Positions 40,731-51,615 of a DNA stretch of 64,000 nucleotides are shown here, piece after piece. Each line of letters opens with the position of its first letter. The first letter of the stretch is position 1. The translations under genes and the position numbers were made by a program. The notes under the pieces were generated by a model that did not search any database, was not told the origin of the DNA, and was given only the letters and a program-made list of their open reading frames with translations. This stretch comes from an uncultured Chloroflexia bacterium (GTDB taxonomy: Bacteria; Chloroflexota; Chloroflexia; QHBQ01; JADMIH01): contig CAWCNY010000008.1 in NCBI GenBank assembly GCA_963797095.1, positions 64,001 to 128,000 of the forward strand, in the 5' to 3' direction.

Positions 40731-42164
40731 TTAATGAACCGCGGCGAGCGCCGCGTCAATCTCCTGGCAGGCCTGGTCGAGCGCCTGCTGACCGGTCTGC
40801 GTTCCAGCAAGCGCGCGCTCGGTGGCATCATTTAGAGCCTGCTGGATCTCAGGGTTGGCCTCCCCACCCCAAACGCCCGGAACGCTGTAACTCGCGCCGT
40901 CGTAGAGCACCTTGGAGATGTTGTTCAGTGTGCCGGAACCCTGGAAGAAGGGGTCGTTCTCCATACCCTTGAGCGACGGTAGAGCGAAGCCGGTCTGCAG
41001 GATCGCGTCTTCGTTCTCGCGGCTGGTGAGGAAGAGCACGAGCGCAGCAGCGGCTTTGGGGAACTTGCTCCTCGCCGAGGCTCCCCACCCGGCGAAGCCC
41101 ACCATAGTGGCCCTGGCCCCAGTCTTTCCCAGCGGCAGTGGTACCGCATCGTAGTGCATGTCGAAGGCGGTATTGGGGTCATTCAGGAGAGGATTGACCC
41201 AACCCCCCACCACGATGCTGGCTACTTGCTTCCTGGCGAAGGCTTCACCCTCCCAGGTGGCGCCGACTTCCGAAGAGAGCGTGAGGAACTTATTCTTGTA
41301 CAGGCTGGACAGCCAGTCAAGGGTAGAGACTCCCTCCGGGCTGTTGATAGCGCACTTGCCATTGTCGTCGATGACAGTGGCGCCGTTCGCGAGGGCGAAG
41401 TTGCCCCAGTAGGGAAAGAACACGGGATCGGTCGCGAAGCCGAAGACCCGCCTCCGGCCATCTCCATGACTGTTCTCCTCGATCCAAGCCGTGAAGTCGT
41501 CCTGGTTCCAGCCGACCTTGGGCGGGGCCTTGACCAGGTCGGTGTTGTAGAAGACGGCAAGACTGGTGAAGTCCTTGGGCAGGCCGTAGACCTTACCATC
41601 ATTGCCGAGGAAGGCGCTGGTGAGACTGGAGAAATAGTCGTCCTTGCCGCGCCCGACCTCCGTCAGGGCCGGAGTGAGGTTCAGCAGATCGTTACCGCGA
41701 ATGAGCCTGTAGGGCAGATCCACATCCAGGTAGAAGACGTCCGGCTCCGAGTTACTCAGGAGCTGAGCCAACAACTTAGGCCCATAGGATGCCGGCTGTG
41801 GTTCATAGGTGATCGTGACGTCGGGGTAGACCTGGTTGAACCGCGCGAGTGCATCTCTGACAACATTTTGCTCGGACGAATCGCCCCAACTGGAGACGCG
41901 CAACTCGGCACCGGGCTCGACCACATTCTTCTTATAGGCTGCCGGATCAAACTTAAATGTGCCAGAGCTCCCGCTGCCACTACCACCGCCGCTGGTGTCG
42001 CCGGGCGCGGACATGGCTGCAGTCGTGTTGGTAGGCGCGACTCCGGTGCCCGTCGCTGGTGTCTCATTTTCACTGCCGCAGGCGCTCAATAAGAGCGAGC
42101 CAATAAGCAGAAGCGCTGCCGGCAATCGCCATCGAAGTATCACAGACATTTCATGTGCTTTCAC
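40731..42164 (-). CDS. ABC carbohydrate-binding lipoprotein (SBP family 1), no adjacent permeases
   Basis: Lipobox 'LSAC', 'PDVFY', 'GKVYGLPKDF..AVFYNTDL'. GTGA overlap with regulator 3. Confidence 0.9.
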   Translation of the reverse strand: MKAHEMSVILRWRLPAALLLIGSLLLSACGSENETPATGTGVAPTNTTAAMSAPGDTSGGGSGSGSSGTFKFDPAAYKKNVVEPGAELRVSSWGDSSEQNVVRDALARFNQVYPDVTITYEPQPASYGPKLLAQLLSNSEPDVFYLDVDLPYRLIRGNDLLNLTPALTEVGRGKDDYFSSLTSAFLGNDGKVYGLPKDFTSLAVFYNTDLVKAPPKVGWNQDDFTAWIEENSHGDGRRRVFGFATDPVFFPYWGNFALANGATVIDDNGKCAINSPEGVSTLDWLSSLYKNKFLTLSSEVGATWEGEAFARKQVASIVVGGWVNPLLNDPNTAFDMHYDAVPLPLGKTGARATMVGFAGWGASARSKFPKAAAALVLFLTSRENEDAILQTGFALPSLKGMENDPFFQGSGTLNNISKVLYDGASYSVPGVWGGEANPEIQQALNDATERALAGTQTGQQALDQACQEIDAALAAVH

Positions 42165-45100
42165 CCCCGACCCAGTAGATCCAACTCGCGCGCACGTGCC
42201 ACTGCTTCGGTGCGCCTTTGGACCTGTAGTTTGCTGAAGATAATCCGATTGTGCCCTTTAACGGTGCTCAAGGCGAGGAAAAGCCGCTGGCTGATCTCAT
42301 GATTCGAGAGTCCCTGGGTAATGAGTTGCAGGATTTCTAACTCGCGTTGGCTCAATGGCTCAATGAGGAGCTGGGCAGATGTGGCAGGGGCGACCGGAGC
42401 GGCCGGAGCGGCAGGGGACAGATACGACTTTTCCTCAATCTTCCGCTTCTCAGTTCTAAATGCAGCCGACAACTTCCCGATATAGTCCGGCATCATCCCG
42501 CGAGTGACTGCTTCGGCCAACAATTGAGACATCGGAGTACCTTCGTCGACGAAGATACGGATGAAGCCGTCCGGCTCGGCCAGCGCCAGCGCCTCGCCCA
42601 GCACTTGTGCTGCCCCGTCCTTGTCGCCTTGCGCCTGGAGAGCGACCGCCTGTAGAACCATCACCTTGAGCCGTTCGTCCGCCCAATCCTTTACCTCCAC
42701 ATGCTGGCGCCATGGTTCCAGCACCGACATGGCTGTAGTCGGGTGCTCCTGGGCAAGCTCTACACGAGCCTGGCTTATCGGGAGATCGTGGGTATGGGCG
42801 AGATGAGCAGCCTGGGGCAGCTTGCCCTGGCGAAGCAGAGCAAGCACCTGTGCGGCCACAACATCGGGCATCAAATGCACAAAGTTATGCTGGCGCACGA
42901 AGTGCTCGGCCTCATCCAGAAGAGCGACCGCGCCGGTCAAGTCTCCTCGGGCAAGCCTCAGGCGGGCGAGAAGCACCCCGCAGACGGCGAAGGTATCGAC
43001 GCTGTCCATCTGCTGTGTCAGTTGGATGCATCGTTGCGCATGCTCCTGGGCGGCATCCAGGTCGTTCCATTGGTAGTAAATACGGGCCAGACCAAGGTGC
43101 GCTTCGCAGGCAATGGGCCGCGGTGGATCACCTGCCAGGAGGATGACATGCCGGTAGGTATCGGCCGCCAGATGGAGTTGGTTGTCTGTTTCCTGTACCT
43201 GCCCGAGACAGAGTGTAGCCGCTGTCGTGTAGATTGAAGGCCCAAACGACTTGCCGATAGATATGACTTCGGCATAGGCTCTTCGGGCCGCAGCACGGTT
43301 TCCCTGCAGCTGGTAGGCATGCCCCAGCGTAAAGTTAGCGGCGGTGCGCAGAGGAAGGTTGCCGGGGTCCAGGTACTCCAGGGCGAGAAGCGACTGGGCA
43401 AGCAGGGTTTCCGTATCGTGCTGAGTGACAGCTACAGTGGCGCGCATGGAGGCAATACGTCCCACGAGGTCTCGGGTCTCCTCGTCAGGCTCGACCCTTT
43501 GTAGAATGCTTTGCTGATGGTGCAAGGCGGCTTCAGCAGCTTTCAGCTTCTCTTCAACGGCGGTATGTTGACCGGTCATCATTAGTGCCGAGGCATATGT
43601 CAGCCACAACGAGGGCCTCGCATTCAGCACCGCAGACGGCAGCGACCCAAGCCAGTTTCTTACCGGGGCACCCGCGCCACGGAAATGCAGGGGCACACCT
43701 TTCGCTTCAATAATGCGCTCCGCCCGTTCGACATCATTGGCAGCAACTGCATGGTGAAACGCTTCAAGCTCAAGACCATGATCCTCATACCACTGGCTGG
43801 CACATTTGTGTAATTCGGCTATGCCACCCTCTGCAGAGGAGGCGATTCTCTGCTGGAGTCGCTGCTGTAGCCGCTGCCGCAGCAAATCGGCGAAGAGATG
43901 GTGATAACGGTACCAGCGCCGCTCGTTGTCCAGGGGGACGATGAACAGGTTCGACCTTTCGAGGTGCTCTAGTATTGCTTGCGAAGTTGCCTGCGACGTT
44001 ACGGGGTGAAGTACTTGCGGTAGTCGCGGTGAGCCAGACACAGGCAAGGACGCAGGTTCGCTGTTCAGGTTCAGGTTGGCGTTGAGCACCTCGTCGCATA
44101 ACGGTGCGCACATTCGGTCGAGAATAGAGGTCTGCAACAGGAATGCGAGAACCTCTTCAGGCTGGCGCTCAAGCACTTCTTCGGCAAGGTAATCTATTAT
44201 GAAGCGGCTGCTGCCCGTAAATGTCCGGATGAAGCCGATGCGTTCGTCGGCGCCGTTGCGATCGCGAAGAGCCATGGCAGCCAGATGCAGTCCAGCAATC
44301 CAGCCTTCGGTGCGCGTTTCCAGGGCGTCGACATCTTCCGCTGAGAGGTCCAGCCCCATTACCTGGTTGAGAAATCGGGCGGCTTCAGAGGGGGTAAAAC
44401 GCAAGTCTTGGGCGCGCAGCTCGGCCAACTGGTCTCGGGCGCGCAACCGTGCAAGTGGCAGTTGTGGGTCCTCACGGGTGGTGATGACCAGGTGCATCTG
44501 TGATGGTAGGTGCTCTACGAGGAAGGCGAGGGCCTGGCTAACGACCGGTGCATCAATAACGTGGTAGTCGTCTAGAACGAGGACGAAACTATCCGGGATA
44601 ATCGGGTTAGTGGCGATTTCATTGAGCAGAGCAGTGAGAATCATTTCGATTGGCGGCGGCTGTGGGGACTGGAGCAAGTTCAGGGCAGACGTGGCGGCTC
44701 CCGGCGCTACGGCATCAATGGCGGCCAGGACATATCTCCAGAATAAGGGCGGATCATTATCTCCAGGATCAAGCGATATCCAGGCGACCGGAATCTTGCT
44801 GCCGGCCTCTGTCGTGCGCCATGCATTAAGCAGAGTTGTCTTACCAAAACCAGCAGGGGCAGCAATCAAAATCAGTTTGCCATGCAGGCCACCTGTTAGC
44901 CGTTCGAACAGACGTGGCCTGGAAACCAGTTGGGCGCGCGCGGTAGGCAAATTGAGTTTGGTGGCGAGCAGGTTGGGTGGGGCGACCGATATGGCCGTCG
45001 CGGTTGAGCGAGTTGCGGGTGTAGGTATGGGTTTGGCTGGGCTTGTGGGAGCAGATGCAGTGCTAGCAGCGCTGAGTGTTGCCGCCGTACTGATCAGACG

Positions 45101-45382
45101 GTCAAGAGTCAGCTCAGACGCCTTGCCGAGATAAGCTCTATGCAGAGTGCCGTGGGCTGTGTGATAGGCTTTCCAGTACATCCCACCGCGGGTGCGTGCC
45201 TCCTTACGGGCGGTGAACTTTCCGGAAGAGCAGGTAAATGCGAAGGTCGTAGCACTCTCCAGCCAGGCAAACCAGCCGGGCGTGCCCACCATGATTGAGT
45301 TCTCGACATTAGAGGCGAGGACCAATCTGTCTCCGTCCACTCGGGAGCTCGTGTGCGCGATGCCTGTGCCTTTACCTTTCAC
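42161..45382 (-). CDS. MalT-like STAND/TPR/LuxR regulator 3 with extra N-terminal domain
   Basis: 'VGTPGWFAWLE...FTARKE...YWKAY...YLGK' domain, then APAGFGKT and LuxR 'LALSTVKGHNR'. Confidence 0.93.
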   Translation of the reverse strand: MKGKGTGIAHTSSRVDGDRLVLASNVENSIMVGTPGWFAWLESATTFAFTCSSGKFTARKEARTRGGMYWKAYHTAHGTLHRAYLGKASELTLDRLISTAATLSAASTASAPTSPAKPIPTPATRSTATAISVAPPNLLATKLNLPTARAQLVSRPRLFERLTGGLHGKLILIAAPAGFGKTTLLNAWRTTEAGSKIPVAWISLDPGDNDPPLFWRYVLAAIDAVAPGAATSALNLLQSPQPPPIEMILTALLNEIATNPIIPDSFVLVLDDYHVIDAPVVSQALAFLVEHLPSQMHLVITTREDPQLPLARLRARDQLAELRAQDLRFTPSEAARFLNQVMGLDLSAEDVDALETRTEGWIAGLHLAAMALRDRNGADERIGFIRTFTGSSRFIIDYLAEEVLERQPEEVLAFLLQTSILDRMCAPLCDEVLNANLNLNSEPASLPVSGSPRLPQVLHPVTSQATSQAILEHLERSNLFIVPLDNERRWYRYHHLFADLLRQRLQQRLQQRIASSAEGGIAELHKCASQWYEDHGLELEAFHHAVAANDVERAERIIEAKGVPLHFRGAGAPVRNWLGSLPSAVLNARPSLWLTYASALMMTGQHTAVEEKLKAAEAALHHQQSILQRVEPDEETRDLVGRIASMRATVAVTQHDTETLLAQSLLALEYLDPGNLPLRTAANFTLGHAYQLQGNRAAARRAYAEVISIGKSFGPSIYTTAATLCLGQVQETDNQLHLAADTYRHVILLAGDPPRPIACEAHLGLARIYYQWNDLDAAQEHAQRCIQLTQQMDSVDTFAVCGVLLARLRLARGDLTGAVALLDEAEHFVRQHNFVHLMPDVVAAQVLALLRQGKLPQAAHLAHTHDLPISQARVELAQEHPTTAMSVLEPWRQHVEVKDWADERLKVMVLQAVALQAQGDKDGAAQVLGEALALAEPDGFIRIFVDEGTPMSQLLAEAVTRGMMPDYIGKLSAAFRTEKRKIEEKSYLSPAAPAAPVAPATSAQLLIEPLSQRELEILQLITQGLSNHEISQRLFLALSTVKGHNRIIFSKLQVQRRTEAVARARELDLLGRG

Positions 45383-46119
45383 GTTCCGATGTGTTGGTGA
45401 TTGTTGGGGATGTTTTCGTAGGAGTTGATACCACTATACGTGACTTGGGATCCCTATACAAGCCTCAAGATTGTGATGCATGGGCCGTTGAGTTCGGATT
45501 GCAGCCGGCAATACAGCACTTGCTGGACCCTACAGGATTCTTAGAGGGTAGATATTGCATTTCGATACATCCTTTGATTAGGTACTGCTTTGACCTGGCC
45601 TTCACAAGTATGAGCCAAAGTAGCAGAAAGAGGATGTATCGCATGGTGGATTCAGCCCTGGCCCCAGGTTGGAACGAGCCTGTGGATTCCAACGCGCATT
45701 AATGTCTCGGAAACTTCACACTTTTGACACGGTTCCGCCGGGAGAACGCGACATACGGCGGGTAGACCCAGATATCTAGCCCGTAACCAAGAACAATCAC
45801 GCTGTTGCCAATGTAGATGAACATGAAACAGGTTGGGTGTTAGGAGCGTGGCGCGCCCGCCACACTCCTCCGATTCTCGCGCTGAGTGAGGTGGTGCCAA
45901 AAACCCTCCATCCCGCAATTCTATTTGGCTGACCCCATCTGTAGGACCTACCTTGCGCTCAGGAGCTAACCTGTGCCAATCCCAAAAGCCCATGCCAAAA
46001 TCAACGTCTCATTTGTTTAGTGCTGTACAGAGTTATGGCACTTTGCCGGGCAGACACTTTGTGGATGGCTATCTGTCTCCCAACTCCCGAATTTCTGCCA
46101 TTGGCATGAATAGTCGCAC

Positions 46120-46347
46120 CTACGGGGTCTGGTGGATGCAGCCTCTGAGAAAGCGCTGCGAAATGCGATGCGGCGCGGGAAGGTTGTGCCTTTCAGCACG
46201 AGCCTGCTGCTTGAGGCTCTGCAAAAGACGCGGCCAGGCACGCTTGAGTGGCTGAACACTGCCCGAAACTATGCCGTCTACAACAACGAAGGTGGGCTGT
46301 ATGACGAGGTTGCTGATTATCTAAAGATGCGCAAGCTGATGCGGTGA
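46120..46347 (+). pseudogene. C-terminal fragment of an AAA+ ATPase
   Basis: 'RPGTLEWLNTARNYAVYNNEGGLYDEV'. No P-loop part upstream. Confidence 0.6.
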
Positions 46348-46482
46348 AATCTCCTGCTAAAGGCAACAAAGTTTCGAACCTAAAACGAAAGAGTTCGCTA
46401 GCAGTTGCAGTCGATCTGGTGCCAACCAGCTACCACTGGTGTCATCCATAATCAGGGTTCCCGCAGAACCAGATCATTGTGC

Positions 46483-48324
46483 TCAAGTGGCTTCTGGACT
46501 TGGACTTTGGCCCTCCCCCGCCCACAGGCGACGCATCTCATCGCTGGTCGCAAGCAGTTGATCAAGCTTACCGGTCGCAACTATTGAGCCGTCTTTGAGC
46601 ACGATGATCTGATCGGCACGCCGCAACGCGGCGCGACGATGCGACACAACCAGCACCGTTGGCCGGTCGCCCGAAGCGTCATTGGGCTGGCCCAGCACGC
46701 GCTCCCACAGCGCCTTCTCGGTCTCGACATCAAGCGCGCTCGAAAGGTCGTCGCAAACCAGCAGCGCCGGTCGCCGCACTAGCATACGCGCCGCCGCTGC
46801 GCGCTGCACCTGGCCCCCAGACAGCCTCACACCGCGCGGGCCAACGATTGTATCGAGCTTCTTCTCCAGCACGGCCACATCAGGTTCGAGCACGGCGCGG
46901 TGAATAGCGTCCTCCAGCGCGGCGCCATCGGCAGTCACGCCGAGTAGAATGTTCTCGCGCAACGTCTCGCTGAAGAGGCGCGGCACCTGAGGCGTGTAGG
47001 CGCAACGCGGCGCGATGAGCAAGCCGGAGCTACCGACAATCGGCTGGCCGTTCCAGAGAATTTCGCCGCCGTCGCGAGGTAGCAAACCAAGCATGGCGCG
47101 CAACAGCGTCGTCTTGCCGGAACCTATGCGCCCGGTGATCACGGTGAACGAGCCGCCGTGCACATTCAGGTCGGCGGCGCGGATGCCGTTGGTTGTGCCA
47201 GGATAGTGGTAGGTCAGCCCGCGCACCTTGAGTGTATCGAGGTGGTCGCCGGGTGTGGCGACCGGGACCGCGACGGGCGGTTCGCCACCCTTCTCGTACA
47301 CTTGGTGGGGTTCGAGCAGGACCTGCGGCGGCTCGTCGGGCATCAACGCCACCATGCGGTCGATCGACACCTCCTGCGCCTTATAGTCGCCGATGAAGTT
47401 GCCGAGGAGCGACGGCACGTCGGCGGCAAAGGCCAGGTAATAAGTGAAGAGCGCGAAGTCGCCTACGGTGAAACTGCCGGAGGCCATCGCCTGCCCGGCC
47501 AGCAGTAGCATGACGCCCAGGCCGAAATCGATCGAGCCGCCCTCGAGGGCGCTGATCACCGCATTGATCAAGCTCACACGCACTTTCGCTTTGCGCCGTG
47601 TGTCGTTCAGTGCGTCAAAGTGGCCGATCACTTTGCTCTCGGCATTGGCAACCTTGACCGCCTGGACTGCCCCGAAAAGCTCGCCCAGGAAGCCTGTCAC
47701 CGCGTCGGTGGTTTGACCGACCGCGGCCCAGGCGAGGCGGATGCGCGCCCAGGCGAAGTAGCCCGTCAAGATCGAGACGACTAACGGCAGGAAGATGATC
47801 AGCGTGATCGGCAGGTTGATGCTTGCCATAATAACGACGGCGACGATGAACGCGGCGAGATGGCCGGCCATATAGGGCAACCAGGTAGGGAAGTCGCCGG
47901 TCTCGTCCACGTCGTCGCGGTAGCGGTTGACAGCTTCGCCCGACGATGTCGGTGGCGTAAGGGCACCAGGGCGGCGTAGCGCGGAGGCAAGCAGGTTGCG
48001 CCTCATCAAGGCACCCACCACGCCGCGGAAGGTCCAGGAGCACCAGTTGTCCCCGACGTTGACAACCGCTCGGCCAAGCTCCACCGAGATGTAGAGGGCG
48101 ATCAAGGCCCAGATGTCGAGCTGCACGGGCGCTGCCCCCGTGAGCTTATCGAAGGCGACCTTCTCGATCAGGCCCGGCACGACGCGCGAGCCGAAGTAGA
48201 GCGAGTTACTGATGAGCAGCAGCAGAAACGGCACAGGAGCATACCGGATCAGCAACCAGTTGAAGAATGCCGTGCTGATTTTGCGGCTTTTAGGGACTGA
48301 ATTGGCGTTCGTGTTGGTGCTCAT
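46483..48324 (-). CDS. ABC exporter, TMD+NBD subunit 2
   Basis: [13 protein letters not shown], degenerate Walker B VCDD. Confidence 0.93.
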   Translation of the reverse strand: MSTNTNANSVPKSRKISTAFFNWLLIRYAPVPFLLLLISNSLYFGSRVVPGLIEKVAFDKLTGAAPVQLDIWALIALYISVELGRAVVNVGDNWCSWTFRGVVGALMRRNLLASALRRPGALTPPTSSGEAVNRYRDDVDETGDFPTWLPYMAGHLAAFIVAVVIMASINLPITLIIFLPLVVSILTGYFAWARIRLAWAAVGQTTDAVTGFLGELFGAVQAVKVANAESKVIGHFDALNDTRRKAKVRVSLINAVISALEGGSIDFGLGVMLLLAGQAMASGSFTVGDFALFTYYLAFAADVPSLLGNFIGDYKAQEVSIDRMVALMPDEPPQVLLEPHQVYEKGGEPPVAVPVATPGDHLDTLKVRGLTYHYPGTTNGIRAADLNVHGGSFTVITGRIGSGKTTLLRAMLGLLPRDGGEILWNGQPIVGSSGLLIAPRCAYTPQVPRLFSETLRENILLGVTADGAALEDAIHRAVLEPDVAVLEKKLDTIVGPRGVRLSGGQVQRAAAARMLVRRPALLVCDDLSSALDVETEKALWERVLGQPNDASGDRPTVLVVSHRRAALRRADQIIVLKDGSIVATGKLDQLLATSDEMRRLWAGEGQSPSPEAT

Positions 48325-50126
48325 GCCAGCGCCTCCTCAAGCCCGGTTTGCAGCAGGCTGTAGAAACGAGACCCGGCGTCGGCGCTCAGCTTTTCGCGTG
48401 GTCCATATTCAACTATGCGTCCGCCCTCAAGTATCAGGATATCGTCGGCCTGCTGTACTGTGTGCAAGCGGTGGGCGATAATGATTGCGCTGCGACTACC
48501 GCCCCCAGCCGGGTGTAGCAGAAGGTTGATGGCCCGCTCCAGCCGCTGTTCGGTGATCGGGTCGAGCCGCGAGGCGGCCTCGTCCAGAATGATCAACCCT
48601 GGGTCCCTAAGCAGCAGGCGTGTAAAAGCGAGCATTTGCGCTTCGCCCGCCGACATACCGCCGCCGCCGACCGTCAGGCGCGTATCGAGGCCCTGCGGCA
48701 TCGCGCCGATCCAGTCGCTCAGGCCCAGTGCGTCGAGCGCTGCAGCGATGCGCTCCTCGCTCACCGTGCGGTCGAAGAAAGCGATGTTGTCGCGCAGGGT
48801 GGCGCTGAAAAGCTGCACATCCTGCGTGACCATGCCGACGCTGGCGCGTAGATCATCGAGCGCGACATCGCGTATATCGACATCGCCTAACCGGACCGCG
48901 CCGCGCGAGGGGTCGTAGAGGCGAAACAGGAGGCGCGTGAGCGTCGTCTTGCCTGAGCCGGTGCGCCCCAGCACGCCAAGCACGCGCCCGGCAGGCAGGT
49001 TGAATGTTACATCGCGCAACACCAGCCCGGCCTCCTTGTCCTCCTCTGTTTCGGCTGAAACCGGCTCATTGTCAGCATAGGCGAATGAGACGCCATCGAA
49101 CCCGACCGCCAGCGCGCCCTGCGGCAGCGTCGCCGTTCCCCGGAAGTGCACGACCGGCTGTTTGCGTAACAACTCGCTGATGCGGTTTATGCCGGCGGTA
49201 GAGCGTTGCAGATTGGCGCTCTGGATGCGCAGGTTGTCGAGCGGTCCGGCCAGCATGCTGATATAGGCGACAATCAGAAAGACCGCGCCGATGGTGATCT
49301 GCCCCTGCGTGTAGAGGTAAGCCCCGATGCCAAGCCCCAGCGCCCAACCGATTGCAAAGAGGAGGCTTGTGATGCTCCAGGAGATGTATTCAACCATCTC
49401 GACCGAGCGGCGGGTGTTGAGCGCACGCCGCGTGAAGCCAAATAGCTTCGCGAGCACATAAGGAGTAGCGCCTATTCCTTGAATATCTTCGACACCGGAT
49501 ATGCGTTCCTCGATATAGCCGAACTGCTCAGCCGACGCCTGGCGCGCGAGGGTCCAGCGCCGCACGCCCAACCCTTGAACGGCGACTGAGGCAGCGATAG
49601 CGACGGCAGTATAGAGGGTGAGCGCCAGGCCGGCCAGCCAATCCTCGAAGAAGAGGAGGGCCAGCACCCCGATGATAAGAAGGCAATTGGTAACCACTCG
49701 GATGAGAAGTTGCGAGAAGAAGTCGGCCAGGCCGGTAACGTCGCCGTCGACGCGTTCGATCAACTCGCCTGGGGTGTGCGTCTTATGAAAAGGCATATCG
49801 AGCCGCAGGAGATGCTCGGTCAACGCCGAGCGGAGGGCGTTGGTGGCGCTCCAGCCGACGTTAGTGCTGATGTAGGCGGTGGTGACCGCGAGCAGCCGTT
49901 GGGCCAGGCTGATGGCGATAAAGGCGATGCCTGAGTAGATCAGCGGCGCAATATCGCTTTGGCGCTGCGTCGCGTCGATGAAATAGCGGATGATCTGCGG
50001 ATTGATGAGCTGCAAAGCTACGCTGCCGAACAGGAGGGCAGCCATGGCTATTACGCGCCCATGCTGGGGCCTTAGATAGGTACCAAGCAACCGGCGATAA
50101 TCGGCCAGTGGGAGGGTCAAATGCAT
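48321..50126 (-). CDS. ABC exporter, TMD+NBD subunit 1
   Basis: GRTGSGKT, degenerate signature MSAGE, ILDEA, IAHRL. Confidence 0.93.
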   Translation of the reverse strand: MHLTLPLADYRRLLGTYLRPQHGRVIAMAALLFGSVALQLINPQIIRYFIDATQRQSDIAPLIYSGIAFIAISLAQRLLAVTTAYISTNVGWSATNALRSALTEHLLRLDMPFHKTHTPGELIERVDGDVTGLADFFSQLLIRVVTNCLLIIGVLALLFFEDWLAGLALTLYTAVAIAASVAVQGLGVRRWTLARQASAEQFGYIEERISGVEDIQGIGATPYVLAKLFGFTRRALNTRRSVEMVEYISWSITSLLFAIGWALGLGIGAYLYTQGQITIGAVFLIVAYISMLAGPLDNLRIQSANLQRSTAGINRISELLRKQPVVHFRGTATLPQGALAVGFDGVSFAYADNEPVSAETEEDKEAGLVLRDVTFNLPAGRVLGVLGRTGSGKTTLTRLLFRLYDPSRGAVRLGDVDIRDVALDDLRASVGMVTQDVQLFSATLRDNIAFFDRTVSEERIAAALDALGLSDWIGAMPQGLDTRLTVGGGGMSAGEAQMLAFTRLLLRDPGLIILDEAASRLDPITEQRLERAINLLLHPAGGGSRSAIIIAHRLHTVQQADDILILEGGRIVEYGPREKLSADAGSRFYSLLQTGLEEALA

Positions 50127-50139
50127 TTGTGCTCCTTAA

Positions 50140-50519
50140 GAAAGATAGACCACGGATCGATCCGTGGCCCTACTCACCTTCTGATATGGTGCGGCCACGA
50201 ACAGGAGCGCGCCCATGGCCGTTCTTTACTCTACGGCATATCTTCCGCCAATAACCGGCGTTGCAGCGATGCAGGCCACGCGAACAACGCAAACCGATCT
50301 TCCAAATAAGGTATGGAAGGGCGCTATCGCGAATCGCCGGATCGCTGGCCGTAATCTTTAGCTTTTTACTGCCAGGCGCTCTCCTAGAGATGCTCTCCTG
50401 TAACAGGGATAGAGCATCGTATAGTTTGCAGCATGGTCTTTGACATGTTGAGGCCTCCTTGGCAGAGGTTATAGCGTCGCAATAGGCGCTATAGCCTGAC
50501 TTGTATGCTTGCAAGTATA
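50140..50519 (-). promoter_or_regulatory. long 5' leader with uORF and alternative hairpins (putative attenuator)
   Basis: TATACT at 50514-50519; AAGGAGG + uORF 50446-50384; four mutually complementary GGCCA(C/T)GG-type segments. Confidence 0.55.
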
Positions 50520-50663
50520 GCCGCCTTCGCCTGATGCCGTATCGGTCGTTGGTCGTAAATCGCGGCGCAAATGAGGGCGCAGAATCTTGTAGGGGTGCTA
50601 CCAGGCGCAAACGCCAGATAGAAGGAGAAGGGTTCACGGTTGATTTCAAGGTACAAGTTCTTG

Positions 50664-50788
50664 GCTGCTTGCGCAGGGAGCGCTACGCGCTGCTTGCGCA
50701 GGGAGCGCTACGCGCTGCTTGCGCAGGGAGCGCTACGCGCTGCTTGCGCAGGGAGCGCTACGCGCTGCTTGCGCAGGGAGCGCTACGC
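50664..50788. repeat. 25-bp perfect tandem repeat x5
   Basis: GCTGCTTGCGCAGGGAGCGCTACGC x5, no spacers. Confidence 0.97.
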
Positions 50789-50877
50789 CCTGCTGTGATA
50801 GTGCGACTGCCCGGCCTATGGCATCCTTCGATGCATCGCACATCGAACAAGAAATGGAGATAAGCTATACTTAAAGC

Positions 50878-51564
50878 ATGGATCTTGAGCTGAATAAGCA
50901 CCATCAACATGTGTTAGGGTTGGAACAACTGAGACGCAAACGCGGTTACAAAGAAGGCTGGCTGTACCATCTCTGCCTGGAAAAAGGTTTACTGAGAGAG
51001 CTTCAGGAATTGCAACTGGCCGGGCTGGTAGGTGACCGGGCGGACACTATCGGGGGCCATGCACTCAGGAGCGCGACCTCAATGGAGGTTGGTGGCGAAG
51101 GTGAGATCCTTTCGCCCCGCACGTTGCTCACCGTTGAGCTTGTGCCCAGCACCTGCTGGTTCTCCAACCTGCGCTCCGAACTAAGCAAAGATCAATGGGA
51201 CCAGCTAAGACGCCCCATCTTCAAGAGAGCAGGCAACCGGTGCGAAGTGTGCGGAGGAAAAGGCACCCACCACCCGGTGGAATGCCATGAAGTATGGCAG
51301 TATAACGATGAGCAGCATATACAGCGCCTGGTCGGGTTGGTGGCTCTATGTCCAGCGTGTCACGAAGCCAAACATATGGGCTTCGCCTCAAGCACGGGTA
51401 GAGGAGGGCAAGCACGCGCCCACCTGGCGCGTATGAACGGCTGGAGCATGGACGACGTGGAGCTTTACCTGGAGGCGCAGTTCGAGCAATGGTCGCGCCG
51501 TTCGCAGCATGAATGGTCGCTCGATCTTTCCTGGCTGCACCAGTTCGGCATAAACACCGAGTGA
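50878..51564 (+). CDS. HNH endonuclease-like protein
   Basis: 'ELVPSTCWFSNLR', CEVC, 'ECHEVW', 'LCPACHEAKH'. Confidence 0.85.
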   Translation: MDLELNKHHQHVLGLEQLRRKRGYKEGWLYHLCLEKGLLRELQELQLAGLVGDRADTIGGHALRSATSMEVGGEGEILSPRTLLTVELVPSTCWFSNLRSELSKDQWDQLRRPIFKRAGNRCEVCGGKGTHHPVECHEVWQYNDEQHIQRLVGLVALCPACHEAKHMGFASSTGRGGQARAHLARMNGWSMDDVELYLEAQFEQWSRRSQHEWSLDLSWLHQFGINTE

Positions 51565-51615
51565 CGAGTAACGAGTAACGAGTGACGAGTAACGAGACGC
51601 TACGATCTTATGTAT

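Noticed and set aside
45390-46110. Short ORFs in the gap after regulator 3
   Set aside because: No motifs or RBS support; probably degraded DNA.
50664-50788. Possible CRISPR array (25-bp repeats)
   Set aside because: Repeats are directly adjacent with no spacers, and there are no cas genes.
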